From: an uncultured virus (IMG/VR IMGVR_UViG_3300023184_009405)
Taxonomy: Duplodnaviria; Heunggongvirae; Uroviricota; Caudoviricetes
Length of the DNA: 20,000 nt
Direction: 5' to 3' (one strand)
IMG/VR virus record: IMGVR_UViG_3300023184_009405
The position numbers and the translations under genes were made by a program. Numbering within the stretch: position 1 is the first letter of the stretch; every line of letters starts with the position of its first letter. Positions 1-9,146 of this stretch are shown one piece after another. Under the pieces are notes generated by a model. That model ran no database searches. It saw only the letters and a program-made list of their open reading frames with translations, and was not told the origin of the DNA.

Positions 1-215
1 TTATCTTGAACAACTCTAATTGATTTTCGGTATCTGCCAGCCCCTGTGCCTATTTTTTCTCCAGCCCAATCAGTCCAACTATCGGCTTCATTTAATTTAC
101 CAAATTTAATTTTAGCTGTAAGTGCATTTATTTTTTGTGTAGATATATTGTTTTCAATGCAATAGTTTGTAATTTTTTCAATTATTAATTTGTTTTCAAA
201 ATTTTTGAATTCCAT
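1..215 (-). CDS. Hypothetical protein, 5' part only (runs off the window start)
   Basis: Not in the ORF track. ATG at 215 preceded by AGAGGAAAC (SD-like); open to base 1: MEFKNFENKLIIEKITNYCIENNISTQKINALTAKIKFGKLNEADSWTDWAGEKIGTGAGRYRKSIRVVQD... Confidence 0.7.
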   Translation of the reverse strand, partial: MEFKNFENKLIIEKITNYCIENNISTQKINALTAKIKFGKLNEADSWTDWAGEKIGTGAGRYRKSIRVVQD

Positions 216-284
216 GTTTCCTCTTTGCATACAGTGTGATATATTTATTTAGTGTTCTAAAATTAATTTTTAAAAGGTTTTACC

Positions 285-1271
285 ATGTTTGAAATTAAAT
301 ATTCTTTTGGATATGACAAGATTTGTTTAATACCTAGATTAAAATCAACTTTGACATCTAGAGATCACACAGATACAAATGTTTCTTTTGCAAACCATAG
401 CATTTCCTGCCCTTTAATTGCATCTCCAATGCCAGATGTTTGCGAAAGTGACATGGCTATAGCATTATTTAAACTAGGTGCATTTGGCATAATTCACCGT
501 TTTATGAGTAAAGAAGAGCAAGTAAGGCATTACAAAAAAGTTTTGGAAAATAATTGTAATGCTGCTAGTTCAATAGGAATTAATGGAGATTGGCAGGAAA
601 GATATGAAGATTTAAAGCAAGCTGGATGTAATGTTTTTTGTATTGATGTTGCAAATGGTTTTAGTTCAAATGTTGAAAGCGTAATTGATTATTTAAAAAG
701 AGATAATGTTTATATCATTGCTGGAAATGTTGCATCTAAAGAGGGATATCAATATTTGGATGATTTAGGAGTAAACGCTATAAGAGTAGGGATAGCTGGA
801 GGTAAAGTTTGCAGTACCAAGGATGAAACTGGCGTTTTATCGCCAATGGCTTCTACTATTATTGAAATATCGGAATTTAAAAAAGAAAATAATTTAAAAG
901 CATTAATTATTGCGGATGGTGGCATTAAGCAACCAGCAGATTTATGCAAAGCCTTAGCTTTAGGGGCAGATGTAGTTATGGCTGGAAGTATATTTGCAGG
1001 TACTGATGAAGCTCCAGGCAATGTAATAAAGGATAGTGCTGGTAAAATGCATAAGCTTTTCAGAGGTGCAGCATCTTTTTCAACGCAAAAATATATTACT
1101 GGAAAGAAACCAACTTATGTAGAAGGAATTGAAACTTTTGTTGATTATGTTGGTTCTGTAGAAAAAATTGTAGAAAGATTTAACAGGGGACTAAAGTCAT
1201 CTATGAGTTATTTTAATTCTTGCAACTTAAGTGAATATAAAGAAAATGTAAGCTGGTCTATAGTTTTATAA
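285..1271 (+). CDS. IMP dehydrogenase / GMP reductase family oxidoreductase without CBS domains (GMP reductase-like)
   Basis: PLIASPMPDV, GIIHRF, CIDVANG, IIAGNVA, catalytic-Cys loop RVGIAGGKVCST, IIADGGIK, ALALGADVVMAGSIFAGTDEAPG, VEGIE; 328 aa; upstream AAAGG. Confidence 0.9.
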   Translation: MFEIKYSFGYDKICLIPRLKSTLTSRDHTDTNVSFANHSISCPLIASPMPDVCESDMAIALFKLGAFGIIHRFMSKEEQVRHYKKVLENNCNAASSIGINGDWQERYEDLKQAGCNVFCIDVANGFSSNVESVIDYLKRDNVYIIAGNVASKEGYQYLDDLGVNAIRVGIAGGKVCSTKDETGVLSPMASTIIEISEFKKENNLKALIIADGGIKQPADLCKALALGADVVMAGSIFAGTDEAPGNVIKDSAGKMHKLFRGAASFSTQKYITGKKPTYVEGIETFVDYVGSVEKIVERFNRGLKSSMSYFNSCNLSEYKENVSWSIVL

Positions 1272-1353
1272 TAAATTAAAAAATAATTTATTAAAATTAA
1301 AGTTAGTTATTATTATAAACAATAGATAATGTTAACTTTAAAAAAAGGCATGT

Positions 1354-2001
1354 ATGGAGAAGTATTTAGAATACGAATTTATTAAAGATAATGATTTAAA
1401 TATTTGTTACAAGAAAGGTCTTGCATATCAAAATGATATGAAACAAAGTATAGATTATGACAATGATTATTTTGAACATTATGTAGTTTTAGAAGACACA
1501 GAAATATCAAAAAGGATTAATGCTGTTAGAACTAATCTTACAGAAAAACATGTAAAATGTTTAATAGATGTTGGAATTGGTAGTGGAGAATTCATAAAAA
1601 AATCTAAATGTAAAACATATGGATTTGATATTAATCAAAAGGGAATTAGTTGGTTAAAGGAAAGGAATAAGTTTGTTGATATTTACAACGAAACTATTCC
1701 TGAAGATGTTAAAGGATGGACTTTTTGGGATTGCTTGGAGCATGTCCCAGAGCATTCAAAAATATTTAATTTATTGCAAAAAGATCAATATTTATTTTTA
1801 TCTTTGCCTTATTTTGAAAATTTGGATAAAATTAGAGAGAGTAAGCATTATAAGCCTAACGAGCATTATTATTACTTTACTCAAAATGGACTAATTGATT
1901 ACATGCAAGATTGTGGTTTTGAATTAGTAGAATATAACTTCGATGAAACAAAAGCAGGAAGAAGCAACATAATAGCATGTTGTTTTAAGAAAAATGGCTA
2001 A
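1354..2001 (+). CDS. Class I SAM-dependent methyltransferase (Methyltransf_23-like)
   Basis: Motif I LIDVGIGSG, YGFDIN, FWDCLEHVP, EHYYYFT; overlaps the next gene by 8 nt. Confidence 0.8.
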   Translation: MEKYLEYEFIKDNDLNICYKKGLAYQNDMKQSIDYDNDYFEHYVVLEDTEISKRINAVRTNLTEKHVKCLIDVGIGSGEFIKKSKCKTYGFDINQKGISWLKERNKFVDIYNETIPEDVKGWTFWDCLEHVPEHSKIFNLLQKDQYLFLSLPYFENLDKIRESKHYKPNEHYYYFTQNGLIDYMQDCGFELVEYNFDETKAGRSNIIACCFKKNG

Positions 2002-2899
2002 AAAAGTATTTGTTACTGGCGGATCTGGATTTGTAGGTTGGAATTTGACTAATTTTTTACTTGATCAGGGTTATAAAGTATTTACTACTTATAATGGTGG
2101 TGGAAACTTGCCTGATAAAAGGGCTGAGATAATTTCTAGAAATTATTTTGGCATAAATATAGAAAATCATAAATTCGATGTAGTTTTTCATACAGCAGCA
2201 AACAATGATGCTCGTTGTCAAAATGTAAAATATCTCTATGACTTAAATGTTAAAGATACAGAAACATTATTTAATGTTTGTTATAACAATGGCTGTAGGA
2301 ATTTTATATATTCTTCAAGTACAGCTATTTATGGAAGTCAGCCTATTCCTTACATAGAAGATGAAACAAAAATTGATCCTTTGAATTATTATGGTTTATC
2401 TAAAGCTAATATGGAACATGCTGTAAATAGATTTTTGCAAAATAAAAAAGACTGTGTTGCAATTGCTTTGCGTTATTGTAATGTTTATGGATTTGGTGAA
2501 TTTCATAAAAATAGTCGAGCTAGTATGATTTATCAAATGCTACACAAAAAGATTTTCAAGCAACCTTTGAGTTTATTTAAAGATGGAAATCAAAGAAGAG
2601 ATTGGGTTTATGTAGAAGATGTAGTACAGGCAAATTATTTAGCTTCTAAATATGAAAAAAGTGATTATTTCAATGTTGGCTCTGGAATTTCTACATCATT
2701 CAATGAATTGGTAGAAATAATGAATTTTAAAAATATAAATTATATTGATTGCCCATTTGAAAAAGAATATCAGAGTCACACTCTTTGTGGTTTAGATAAA
2801 ATAAGCAAATGCATTGGTTATAAACCAAAAAATGATATTAAAGTAAATATTTTGAATTTAGAAAAAAAATTAAGGGATTACTTTAAATTGAAAGACTGA
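1994..2899 (+). CDS. hldD: NAD-dependent epimerase/dehydratase, ADP-L-glycero-D-manno-heptose 6-epimerase-like
   Basis: TGGSGFVG, YSSSTAIYG, YxxxK in PLNYYGLSK, LRYCNVYGFGEFHKNSRASM (cf. HldD/RfaD LRYFNVYGPxExHKGxMAS), RDWVYVEDV, C-terminal YIDCPF..YQSHT. The family is secure; HldD specificity is likely but unproven. Confidence 0.75.
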   Translation: MAKKVFVTGGSGFVGWNLTNFLLDQGYKVFTTYNGGGNLPDKRAEIISRNYFGINIENHKFDVVFHTAANNDARCQNVKYLYDLNVKDTETLFNVCYNNGCRNFIYSSSTAIYGSQPIPYIEDETKIDPLNYYGLSKANMEHAVNRFLQNKKDCVAIALRYCNVYGFGEFHKNSRASMIYQMLHKKIFKQPLSLFKDGNQRRDWVYVEDVVQANYLASKYEKSDYFNVGSGISTSFNELVEIMNFKNINYIDCPFEKEYQSHTLCGLDKISKCIGYKPKNDIKVNILNLEKKLRDYFKLKD

Positions 2900-3671
2900 A
2901 ATTATTTTCTTGATAAATTTCTTTTAATTTATTAATTGCTTTTGAAAGAATAACTCTAAGTCCATAGTTTGAATAGCTTTTGCCATTTGATTTTAAAATT
3001 ATATTTTTAGCTTCTTTAACCCATTGTCTTCCTAGTTTAAATTTAAGTTCTATAGCCTTTGTTTCTTTGTCATTTAAATTGCATTTGCTTATTATTTTTT
3101 CAAAAGAAAATTCTTCACTACTAAGATCAAATTGATTATTTTCTCCAAAGATTTCTTTGTAGATTGAGAATTGTTCAAAATTAACATGATTTGAATAAAA
3201 CTTAATGTCAATTTTGCAATTTTTTTGTCTGTATTTTATTTGTTGAATTTTTGAAGCTATTGCACGAAAAAGATAATTAGTGAATTTAATATTATTTTTT
3301 GTGTAATACCAAACGCATTTTTTGAAAACTATATAAGCTTCATTAATGAAATCACTATGCATGTAATAACTTTTACTTTTTTTGAAAAGTCTAGAAACAG
3401 TATAAGTTATAAATTTTTTATATTTTTCAAACATAAAAGGTTCAAGTTTTGAAATTTGATTAATAACATGGAAGTCTTCTTCCCATTCTTTAATTTTTTC
3501 ATTAGGTATTAAAGATTTAATGCTTTCAGGATTGCTCCAAAACATACATAAAAACTTAAAATGTTTTTTGCCAAAAAGAAGCTTGCTCCATTTAAATGTA
3601 ATTTTATTTGATTCTGCTAAAAAATCAAAAATTTCTTGATCACTAATAAATTTCGCATTCATTACACACAT
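2883..3671 (-). CDS. Divergent sigma70-family RNA polymerase sigma factor
   Basis: Region-2-like DFINEAYIVFKKCVWYY...IKFTNYLFRAI; region-4-like LNDKETKAIELKF...LRVILSKAINKLK; start could be 3671 or 3662. Confidence 0.6.
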   Translation of the reverse strand: MCVMNAKFISDQEIFDFLAESNKITFKWSKLLFGKKHFKFLCMFWSNPESIKSLIPNEKIKEWEEDFHVINQISKLEPFMFEKYKKFITYTVSRLFKKSKSYYMHSDFINEAYIVFKKCVWYYTKNNIKFTNYLFRAIASKIQQIKYRQKNCKIDIKFYSNHVNFEQFSIYKEIFGENNQFDLSSEEFSFEKIISKCNLNDKETKAIELKFKLGRQWVKEAKNIILKSNGKSYSNYGLRVILSKAINKLKEIYQENNFSLSI

Positions 3672-3708
3672 CCCTTTGTTTTATTCTATCTCAGCCATAA
3701 AATAGAAT

Positions 3709-4539
3709 ATGAAATTATTTGAAGAGTTTGACACACAATACTTAGGATCAGAAAGATATTCTCTTTATCAATATAATAAGGTAGATAACTATCTGATTAA
3801 AAATTCATTGAAGTTTTTCCTATTCAACACCAGTGAAAAAAACCTAGAAAACTGCTTAGTGCAATATGAGCTTTTAAGATCAATAGATGTTTCTCCGATC
3901 ATACTGACTCCAAATTTAGATTACTTCATTAAAAACAAAATACCAGAAAAAAATCTTATAGAAACAGATGGCTTTTCTTATGTAAATTGCTTTAACGAAA
4001 TTATCAAATACTCCAGTTCAAATTATATTTTTATTATCAACTCAAATATAATATTAGATAATTTGGATCATATTGTCAATAGATTTTATGTAACATATCA
4101 GAATTTTTCTGATAAAGTTGCAGGATGGTCTATTAATATAAAAAATTCTTTTAAGAATAAAGTATATCATGAGTTTAAAATAGATGAGAATATTTATTTT
4201 TCTCCTAGGCTTTCATTAGATTTCATTTGTGTTAAAAGCGAATATTTAAAAAAAATTGGTTTATTATCATACATTAGAGATAATGAAGAATGTCAAGGAT
4301 TGGATTATTTATTGGGATGGCTAGTTCAGGCAAATGGAGAATATTTAATAAGCGATTTAAATATTGATTTAAATTTAATCGAAGAAAAAAACGATGAAGA
4401 ATCTTTAACTGATGAACAAAAATTAAATAAAATTATAGAAAAACAATATTTTTTCTTTGAAGTAAATAAAAATGTTCATTGTTTAAATGAAGATTTTTTT
4501 GGTTTTTGGAAAGGAAATCTTGTTCAATTGGAATTATAA
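3709..4539 (+). CDS. Putative degenerate GT-A fold glycosyltransferase-like protein
   Basis: CFNEIIKYSSSNYIFIINSNIIL resembles the GT2 helix-strand leading to DxD (here NSN); later GLDYLL motif; glycosylation context. Confidence 0.4.
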   Translation: MKLFEEFDTQYLGSERYSLYQYNKVDNYLIKNSLKFFLFNTSEKNLENCLVQYELLRSIDVSPIILTPNLDYFIKNKIPEKNLIETDGFSYVNCFNEIIKYSSSNYIFIINSNIILDNLDHIVNRFYVTYQNFSDKVAGWSINIKNSFKNKVYHEFKIDENIYFSPRLSLDFICVKSEYLKKIGLLSYIRDNEECQGLDYLLGWLVQANGEYLISDLNIDLNLIEEKNDEESLTDEQKLNKIIEKQYFFFEVNKNVHCLNEDFFGFWKGNLVQLEL

Positions 4540-4541
4540 AT

Positions 4542-5297
4542 TTAGGTTTTGATGGAATCAAATAATTTATTTACTAATTTCAAATAATCGTATTTATAAT
4601 GTGGATTTAAGATTATATCACCAATTTCAAATTTATTTTCTTTCTTTTGATTTTCTACAATTTCATTAGTTTCTTTAGCAAAATCACAAAGTTCATAAGG
4701 TGCAATTCCAGAAGCATGATAACTTCCAGTTTGCGACCATCTATAAATATAAAAAATTTCGTTCTTCTTAATTTCAATACTTGGGTTTTTAATAACTTTC
4801 GTTATGGTATTCAATAAAGAGCAATCTATTGATCCTTTATCAATGGTTAAGTAACCACCAATTTTTTCCCAGTTTTCTCTTGTTATAGCAAGATTACAGT
4901 GAAAAACATTGTTGCTAAAAATTAATTTTTTGAAGTCTTCTTCAAAAATGCCTTGTCCTGTATGAAATAAACCATCATGCATATATCTTAAAGTTGTTGT
5001 CATTCTCCAAGGAAGATAAATATCATCATCTTCCCAAGGCATAAAAATATCACCAGTACATAAAGATACTGATTTGTTAAACTTTTCACCTAAAGGGGTT
5101 ATTCTTTCGTTAATGTTGAAAATTTTAACTTGTGGATGTTCAAATATTATGTTCTGTTCCGCACAATCATTTAAGATTACAAGTTCCTTTTCTCCTTTGT
5201 AATCTTGTTGTAGGAAACTATGTACTGCTTCTTCTAGAACTCTAGGTCTTGCGAATGTGCAGCAATAACAACTTATTTTTGGCAGGGTTTCAATCAT
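4542..5297 (-). CDS. Glycosyltransferase family 2
   Basis: ISCYCCTFARP..LEEAVHSFLQQDY.GEKELVILND, LGEKFN, WEDDDIYLPWR, WEKIGGY; start moved to 5297 (MIETLPK) because AAAGGA precedes it. Confidence 0.85.
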   Translation of the reverse strand: MIETLPKISCYCCTFARPRVLEEAVHSFLQQDYKGEKELVILNDCAEQNIIFEHPQVKIFNINERITPLGEKFNKSVSLCTGDIFMPWEDDDIYLPWRMTTTLRYMHDGLFHTGQGIFEEDFKKLIFSNNVFHCNLAITRENWEKIGGYLTIDKGSIDCSLLNTITKVIKNPSIEIKKNEIFYIYRWSQTGSYHASGIAPYELCDFAKETNEIVENQKKENKFEIGDIILNPHYKYDYLKLVNKLFDSIKT

Positions 5298-5298
5298 A

Positions 5299-6090
5299 TT
5301 AATTTCCTTTATAATTATCAATTAAAAGTTTAAATACTTCAGAGTATGGATAATATCTTTCATCTAAAGATTGTTTTTCATAGTTTTCTTTTGGAATATT
5401 ACCAAGAACATTTTTCATTCTTTCATTTAAATTATTTTTTTCCATGAATTTAAAAAATGTATCATTTTTATTATCAATATATAAATTACTCGAACCTACT
5501 TTTCTTGAATGAATAGCTATAACATCATCAACAATAGCAATTTTTTTATCAGGGTAGCCTAATATTTTTGGCCATAAAAAATCTAAACCATGACCTATTG
5601 GAGAACTGTCGAAGGTATTTATACATTTAGCTAGAGCATCAGATGAAAAGCATGGCATCATAATTTCAACAAAATTTGTATATCTTAACAAGTATTCAAA
5701 TCTATTAAGTGTAATTAAATGAGAGTAATAGCCAATTAGTGAAGGCTGTGCTAATATTAAATGATGTTCATTGAATATTTTAAAGAAATCATTAATAGTT
5801 TTTGTTTTTAAAAAAATGTCATCGTCAGGCATTAAAATATTTTTATATTTTTTGAAAAATTTAATATTTTCGTAATAATACTTCTTAATAATATTAAATT
5901 TATATCCTTTTATATTGATAAAATGATCATAAGTTTTAAATTTATTTTTGAATTTTTCTTTATTATCACCATAATAAATAACTAGTAATTCATATTTTCT
6001 TTCATTTTGATTTTCAAAAAATAAATGTGCTGGATTATCTCCAGCACACAATATTACCAAGTTTTTATCACCATAATTATTAAAAAGCAT
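5299..6090 (-). CDS. DUF707-like putative glycosyltransferase (GT-A)
   Basis: MPDDDI, LILAQPSL, TNFVEIMMPCFS, GHGLDFLWP, AIVD...HSR match the DUF707 pattern as I recall it. Confidence 0.7.
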   Translation of the reverse strand: MLFNNYGDKNLVILCAGDNPAHLFFENQNERKYELLVIYYGDNKEKFKNKFKTYDHFINIKGYKFNIIKKYYYENIKFFKKYKNILMPDDDIFLKTKTINDFFKIFNEHHLILAQPSLIGYYSHLITLNRFEYLLRYTNFVEIMMPCFSSDALAKCINTFDSSPIGHGLDFLWPKILGYPDKKIAIVDDVIAIHSRKVGSSNLYIDNKNDTFFKFMEKNNLNERMKNVLGNIPKENYEKQSLDERYYPYSEVFKLLIDNYKGN

Positions 6091-6092
6091 AA

Positions 6093-6368
6093 TTATAATT
6101 CAACAAATCCGCCAAACCTCATGGTTTCGCCAGTTTTATCAAATCCCATTCCTCCTAATAAATGTTTTATTTTTGTTTTATCTAAATCTACTTCGTATTT
6201 GTTTCTTTCTATGAATTCTTCGAAAGCTTTTAAATCTATAAAATTGACTTTTTTCTTTTTTAGAGCATCAATACTTTTATTTAAAGAAATATTATCATTT
6301 AAAATGGATGAAGATACCCATTTTTTAATTACATTAGGCAAGTTTGTATTTTTATATGCTTTTACCAT
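6093..6368 (-). CDS. Hypothetical protein (91 aa)
   Basis: AAAGGA upstream of the ATG; stop lies 2 nt before the next co-directional start; no recognisable motif. Confidence 0.65.
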   Translation of the reverse strand: MVKAYKNTNLPNVIKKWVSSSILNDNISLNKSIDALKKKKVNFIDLKAFEEFIERNKYEVDLDKTKIKHLLGGMGFDKTGETMRFGGFVEL

Positions 6369-6429
6369 GAGTAATCCTTTTAATTAGAATTTATATAATA
6401 TTATTATAGTTTGATAAATTGTGTTTAAA

Positions 6430-7374
6430 TTAAATTTTTAAATTCTTTTTTACATTTGAAGAGAATTTTTTATAATTAACGAAATCATAGATAACATTGT
6501 TGATGTTTTTTACTTTATTATAAAAATAAGGATGATTTAATCCATAGGTTTCAGTTTTAATTATTACTTTTAATTCATCAATACATTCAGTGGCAACTAT
6601 GCTTAAAAAACTATCAATGCCAATAAATGCATTTGCTTTTTTAACAATATCAATACTTTCGTTTATAGTTGTTTGTGTTGATAGATTAACAACATTATGA
6701 TGCGTGATATTCATTTCGTAACCAGATAATATTACACCTTGCATTTTTAATGTTTTGTCTAATATTTTAAATGTTTCTGTAAAATCCCAAGGTTTAAAAC
6801 ATCTATCTTGAGATGTAAATGGCACTATTACACAATATTTTTCTTTTATGAAAGAAAACTTTTTGTCTAATTTATTACCACATAAATCTTTGTGCCAATA
6901 ACTTGAATTTGTAGGAATCCTTCTAAGTGTTTTTTTATAATTATTTAAAGATTGCATATCTTTAGTTGCATTTAGAAATATATCATGTTGTATAAATATT
7001 TTATTTTTATTTAATTTTTCTTTTTCAACTATGTTGAAAATAATTGATCTTAACCAATGTAAATCGAAGCAAAATTTTATATTGTTTTGCGGATTATACC
7101 CAGTATCAAATGGATAACTTAAAATTTTAATTTGTGTTTGCGGATTATAATTATAATTACTTCTAATTAATTTTTCTACTAAATTAGCTTTTGGATTTAA
7201 TGGATGAAATGGATTCCATATGTAAATTTTTTTTATTTTTGATCTTATTTCATTGTTTAAAAAGCTATCAAAAAGCAAGAAATCACCTATGGCACCATTT
7301 ATGAAGTAAGTATCATAACTATCAGTGTTTGCGTGAAGATTTTCCAACAGTAAATTATTTTTATCAAGAATCAT
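6430..7374 (-). CDS. Glycosyltransferase family 9 (heptosyltransferase-like), paralog A
   Basis: N-terminal GAIGDFLL; C-terminal VIVPFTS..R, VVNLSTQTTINESIDIVKKANAFIGIDS; start moved to 7374 (MILDK) to avoid overlap with the divergent gene. Confidence 0.7.
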   Translation of the reverse strand: MILDKNNLLLENLHANTDSYDTYFINGAIGDFLLFDSFLNNEIRSKIKKIYIWNPFHPLNPKANLVEKLIRSNYNYNPQTQIKILSYPFDTGYNPQNNIKFCFDLHWLRSIIFNIVEKEKLNKNKIFIQHDIFLNATKDMQSLNNYKKTLRRIPTNSSYWHKDLCGNKLDKKFSFIKEKYCVIVPFTSQDRCFKPWDFTETFKILDKTLKMQGVILSGYEMNITHHNVVNLSTQTTINESIDIVKKANAFIGIDSFLSIVATECIDELKVIIKTETYGLNHPYFYNKVKNINNVIYDFVNYKKFSSNVKKNLKI

Positions 7375-7409
7375 TGTATTATAGAATAATAACTTGGTTA
7401 CATTTATAT

Positions 7410-8084
7410 ATGCAAAAAGAAAAATTATCATTAATTATTCCTTACAGGAACAGATTAAGTCATTTACTTCAATTTTTATTTTGTTTTGAAGAACATATGG
7501 CAAAACATTGCTCTCATGTTCCATACAACCTTTATATTATTGAACAATATGGAGATTATAAATTTAACAGAGGAAAGCTTTTAAATATAGGTTTTGATGT
7601 AAGCAAAGATGAATGTGATTATTTTTGCTTTCATGATGTAGATATGTTGCCAGTAGCTAATAGCTGTAATTATTCATTGGTAGACAGCCCAACTCACATG
7701 GCTAAGCATTGCACACAATATAGCTACAGACATCCTTATTGGTCTTATTTTGGAGGCGTAAATTTATTTGATAAGGAAAATTACATTAAGTGCCAAGGAT
7801 TTTCTAATGAAATGTGGGGATGGGGATATGAAGATGATGATTTGTTTTCAAGAGTAAACAGTTTTAAAATTCCAATAAATCATAGAGATGGATACTTTTA
7901 TACTTTTGATCACACGAGAGATCTTTCTGATCACATGATTAACTATAATAAATCTTTAAGTTGCAAAAAAGATGATTATTATCAAGATGGTTTACTAACT
8001 TTAAAATATGAAATAATTAACAATAAAAAAATTAAATTTCCAACTTCAAATATTTTGACTAATCATTATTTGGTAAAAATATAA
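7410..8084 (+). CDS. Glycosyltransferase family 7 (beta-1,4-galactosyltransferase-like), soluble
   Basis: IIPYRNR..HL, IEQ....FNRGKLLNIGF, FHDVDMLP, YFGGV, GFSNEMWGWGYEDDDL; likely start ATG 7410 (MQKEK). Confidence 0.92.
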   Translation: MQKEKLSLIIPYRNRLSHLLQFLFCFEEHMAKHCSHVPYNLYIIEQYGDYKFNRGKLLNIGFDVSKDECDYFCFHDVDMLPVANSCNYSLVDSPTHMAKHCTQYSYRHPYWSYFGGVNLFDKENYIKCQGFSNEMWGWGYEDDDLFSRVNSFKIPINHRDGYFYTFDHTRDLSDHMINYNKSLSCKKDDYYQDGLLTLKYEIINNKKIKFPTSNILTNHYLVKI

Positions 8085-8085
8085 A

Positions 8086-8937
8086 TTAAAATTTAATTTT
8101 TAGGTTTCTTCCTTTTATTTCATTTGAAATAAAGGAAGTTCCATTTTTAAATGGAGAAAAGAATTTTATATTTTCAAATAAATGGGATTCGGTACTTTTT
8201 ATATAAATATTTTCTTCTTTAAATATCTGCATAGCTAATGTACTTGAAAAACTATCTATGCCAATATAATATTTTGCTTTTTTTGTTATTTCCAAGGCTT
8301 CAGTAATTGTGGTTTTCCCAGTTAAGTCTGTTATGTTTTTTATTTTTGGAACATCTGATTTATCTTTTCCTATTACTATTCCTTGTAATTTATTATATTT
8401 CAAAATTTTAATTGTTTCTTTCCAATCATTATCTGTAAAAAATCTTCTATTCCTAGTATTTTTTGTTATAGGTAAAATTACGCAGAAATCTTTTTTTAGA
8501 AAATCATAATCAATTTGGCATAATTGTTGAGTGAAAAATGAAGATATTTTTGGTTTAATTCCTTCAATGAAAGGAGTTTTCCAAATCAACAAATCATCTT
8601 GAAAACATTCATTAATATCAATTTTTTTATCTAAGCAAAATGATTTAATGTAGTTGTCTATTTTGTAAATTTCTCCTTTGTCATATTGATTATCAGCAAA
8701 TATTATTTCTGTATTTGAATAGTTTTTATTTGATTTTATTAATTTTTTAAAAGTTTCATTTATGCTTGTGAATAGAAATATTTTTTTAATTTTACTGTAG
8801 AAAAAATCTGGCACAAAGCTATCTAGTGTTAATAAGTCTCCTATTCCTAACGACCAAAACATATAATTGTAATTGTAAAAAAATTTTTTTACATCATTAT
8901 CTGAATGATTGAAATATTTTTTTTCAATTTTCAACAT
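8086..8937 (-). CDS. Glycosyltransferase family 9 (heptosyltransferase-like), paralog B
   Basis: LGIGDLL; VILP...RR..DW; DLTGKTTITEALEITKKAKYYIGIDS is a typical GT9 C-terminal signature. Confidence 0.75.
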   Translation of the reverse strand: MLKIEKKYFNHSDNDVKKFFYNYNYMFWSLGIGDLLTLDSFVPDFFYSKIKKIFLFTSINETFKKLIKSNKNYSNTEIIFADNQYDKGEIYKIDNYIKSFCLDKKIDINECFQDDLLIWKTPFIEGIKPKISSFFTQQLCQIDYDFLKKDFCVILPITKNTRNRRFFTDNDWKETIKILKYNKLQGIVIGKDKSDVPKIKNITDLTGKTTITEALEITKKAKYYIGIDSFSSTLAMQIFKEENIYIKSTESHLFENIKFFSPFKNGTSFISNEIKGRNLKIKF

Positions 8938-9146
8938 AAATTATAATAAATATATTCCTTTTAATTGTAAATTCTAAGTACATACTTGCAATATGCATAT
9001 TATTATAATAAACTTAATTTATATATTTTATTTAAAATAATTGTATTTTAATAGCAATGATGAAAGTTTAATTTTTTGAAATAACATAAAGTAAATTTTA
9101 AATTTTACAATATATAATTTATTACAAAGTTTTTTTAAGGAATTTC

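Noticed and set aside
8938..9146. ncRNA or replication origin in the longest intergenic gap (palindrome AATATGCATATT at 8990-9001)
   Set aside because: Extremely AT-rich; short palindromes are expected by chance; no stable structure or iterons seen
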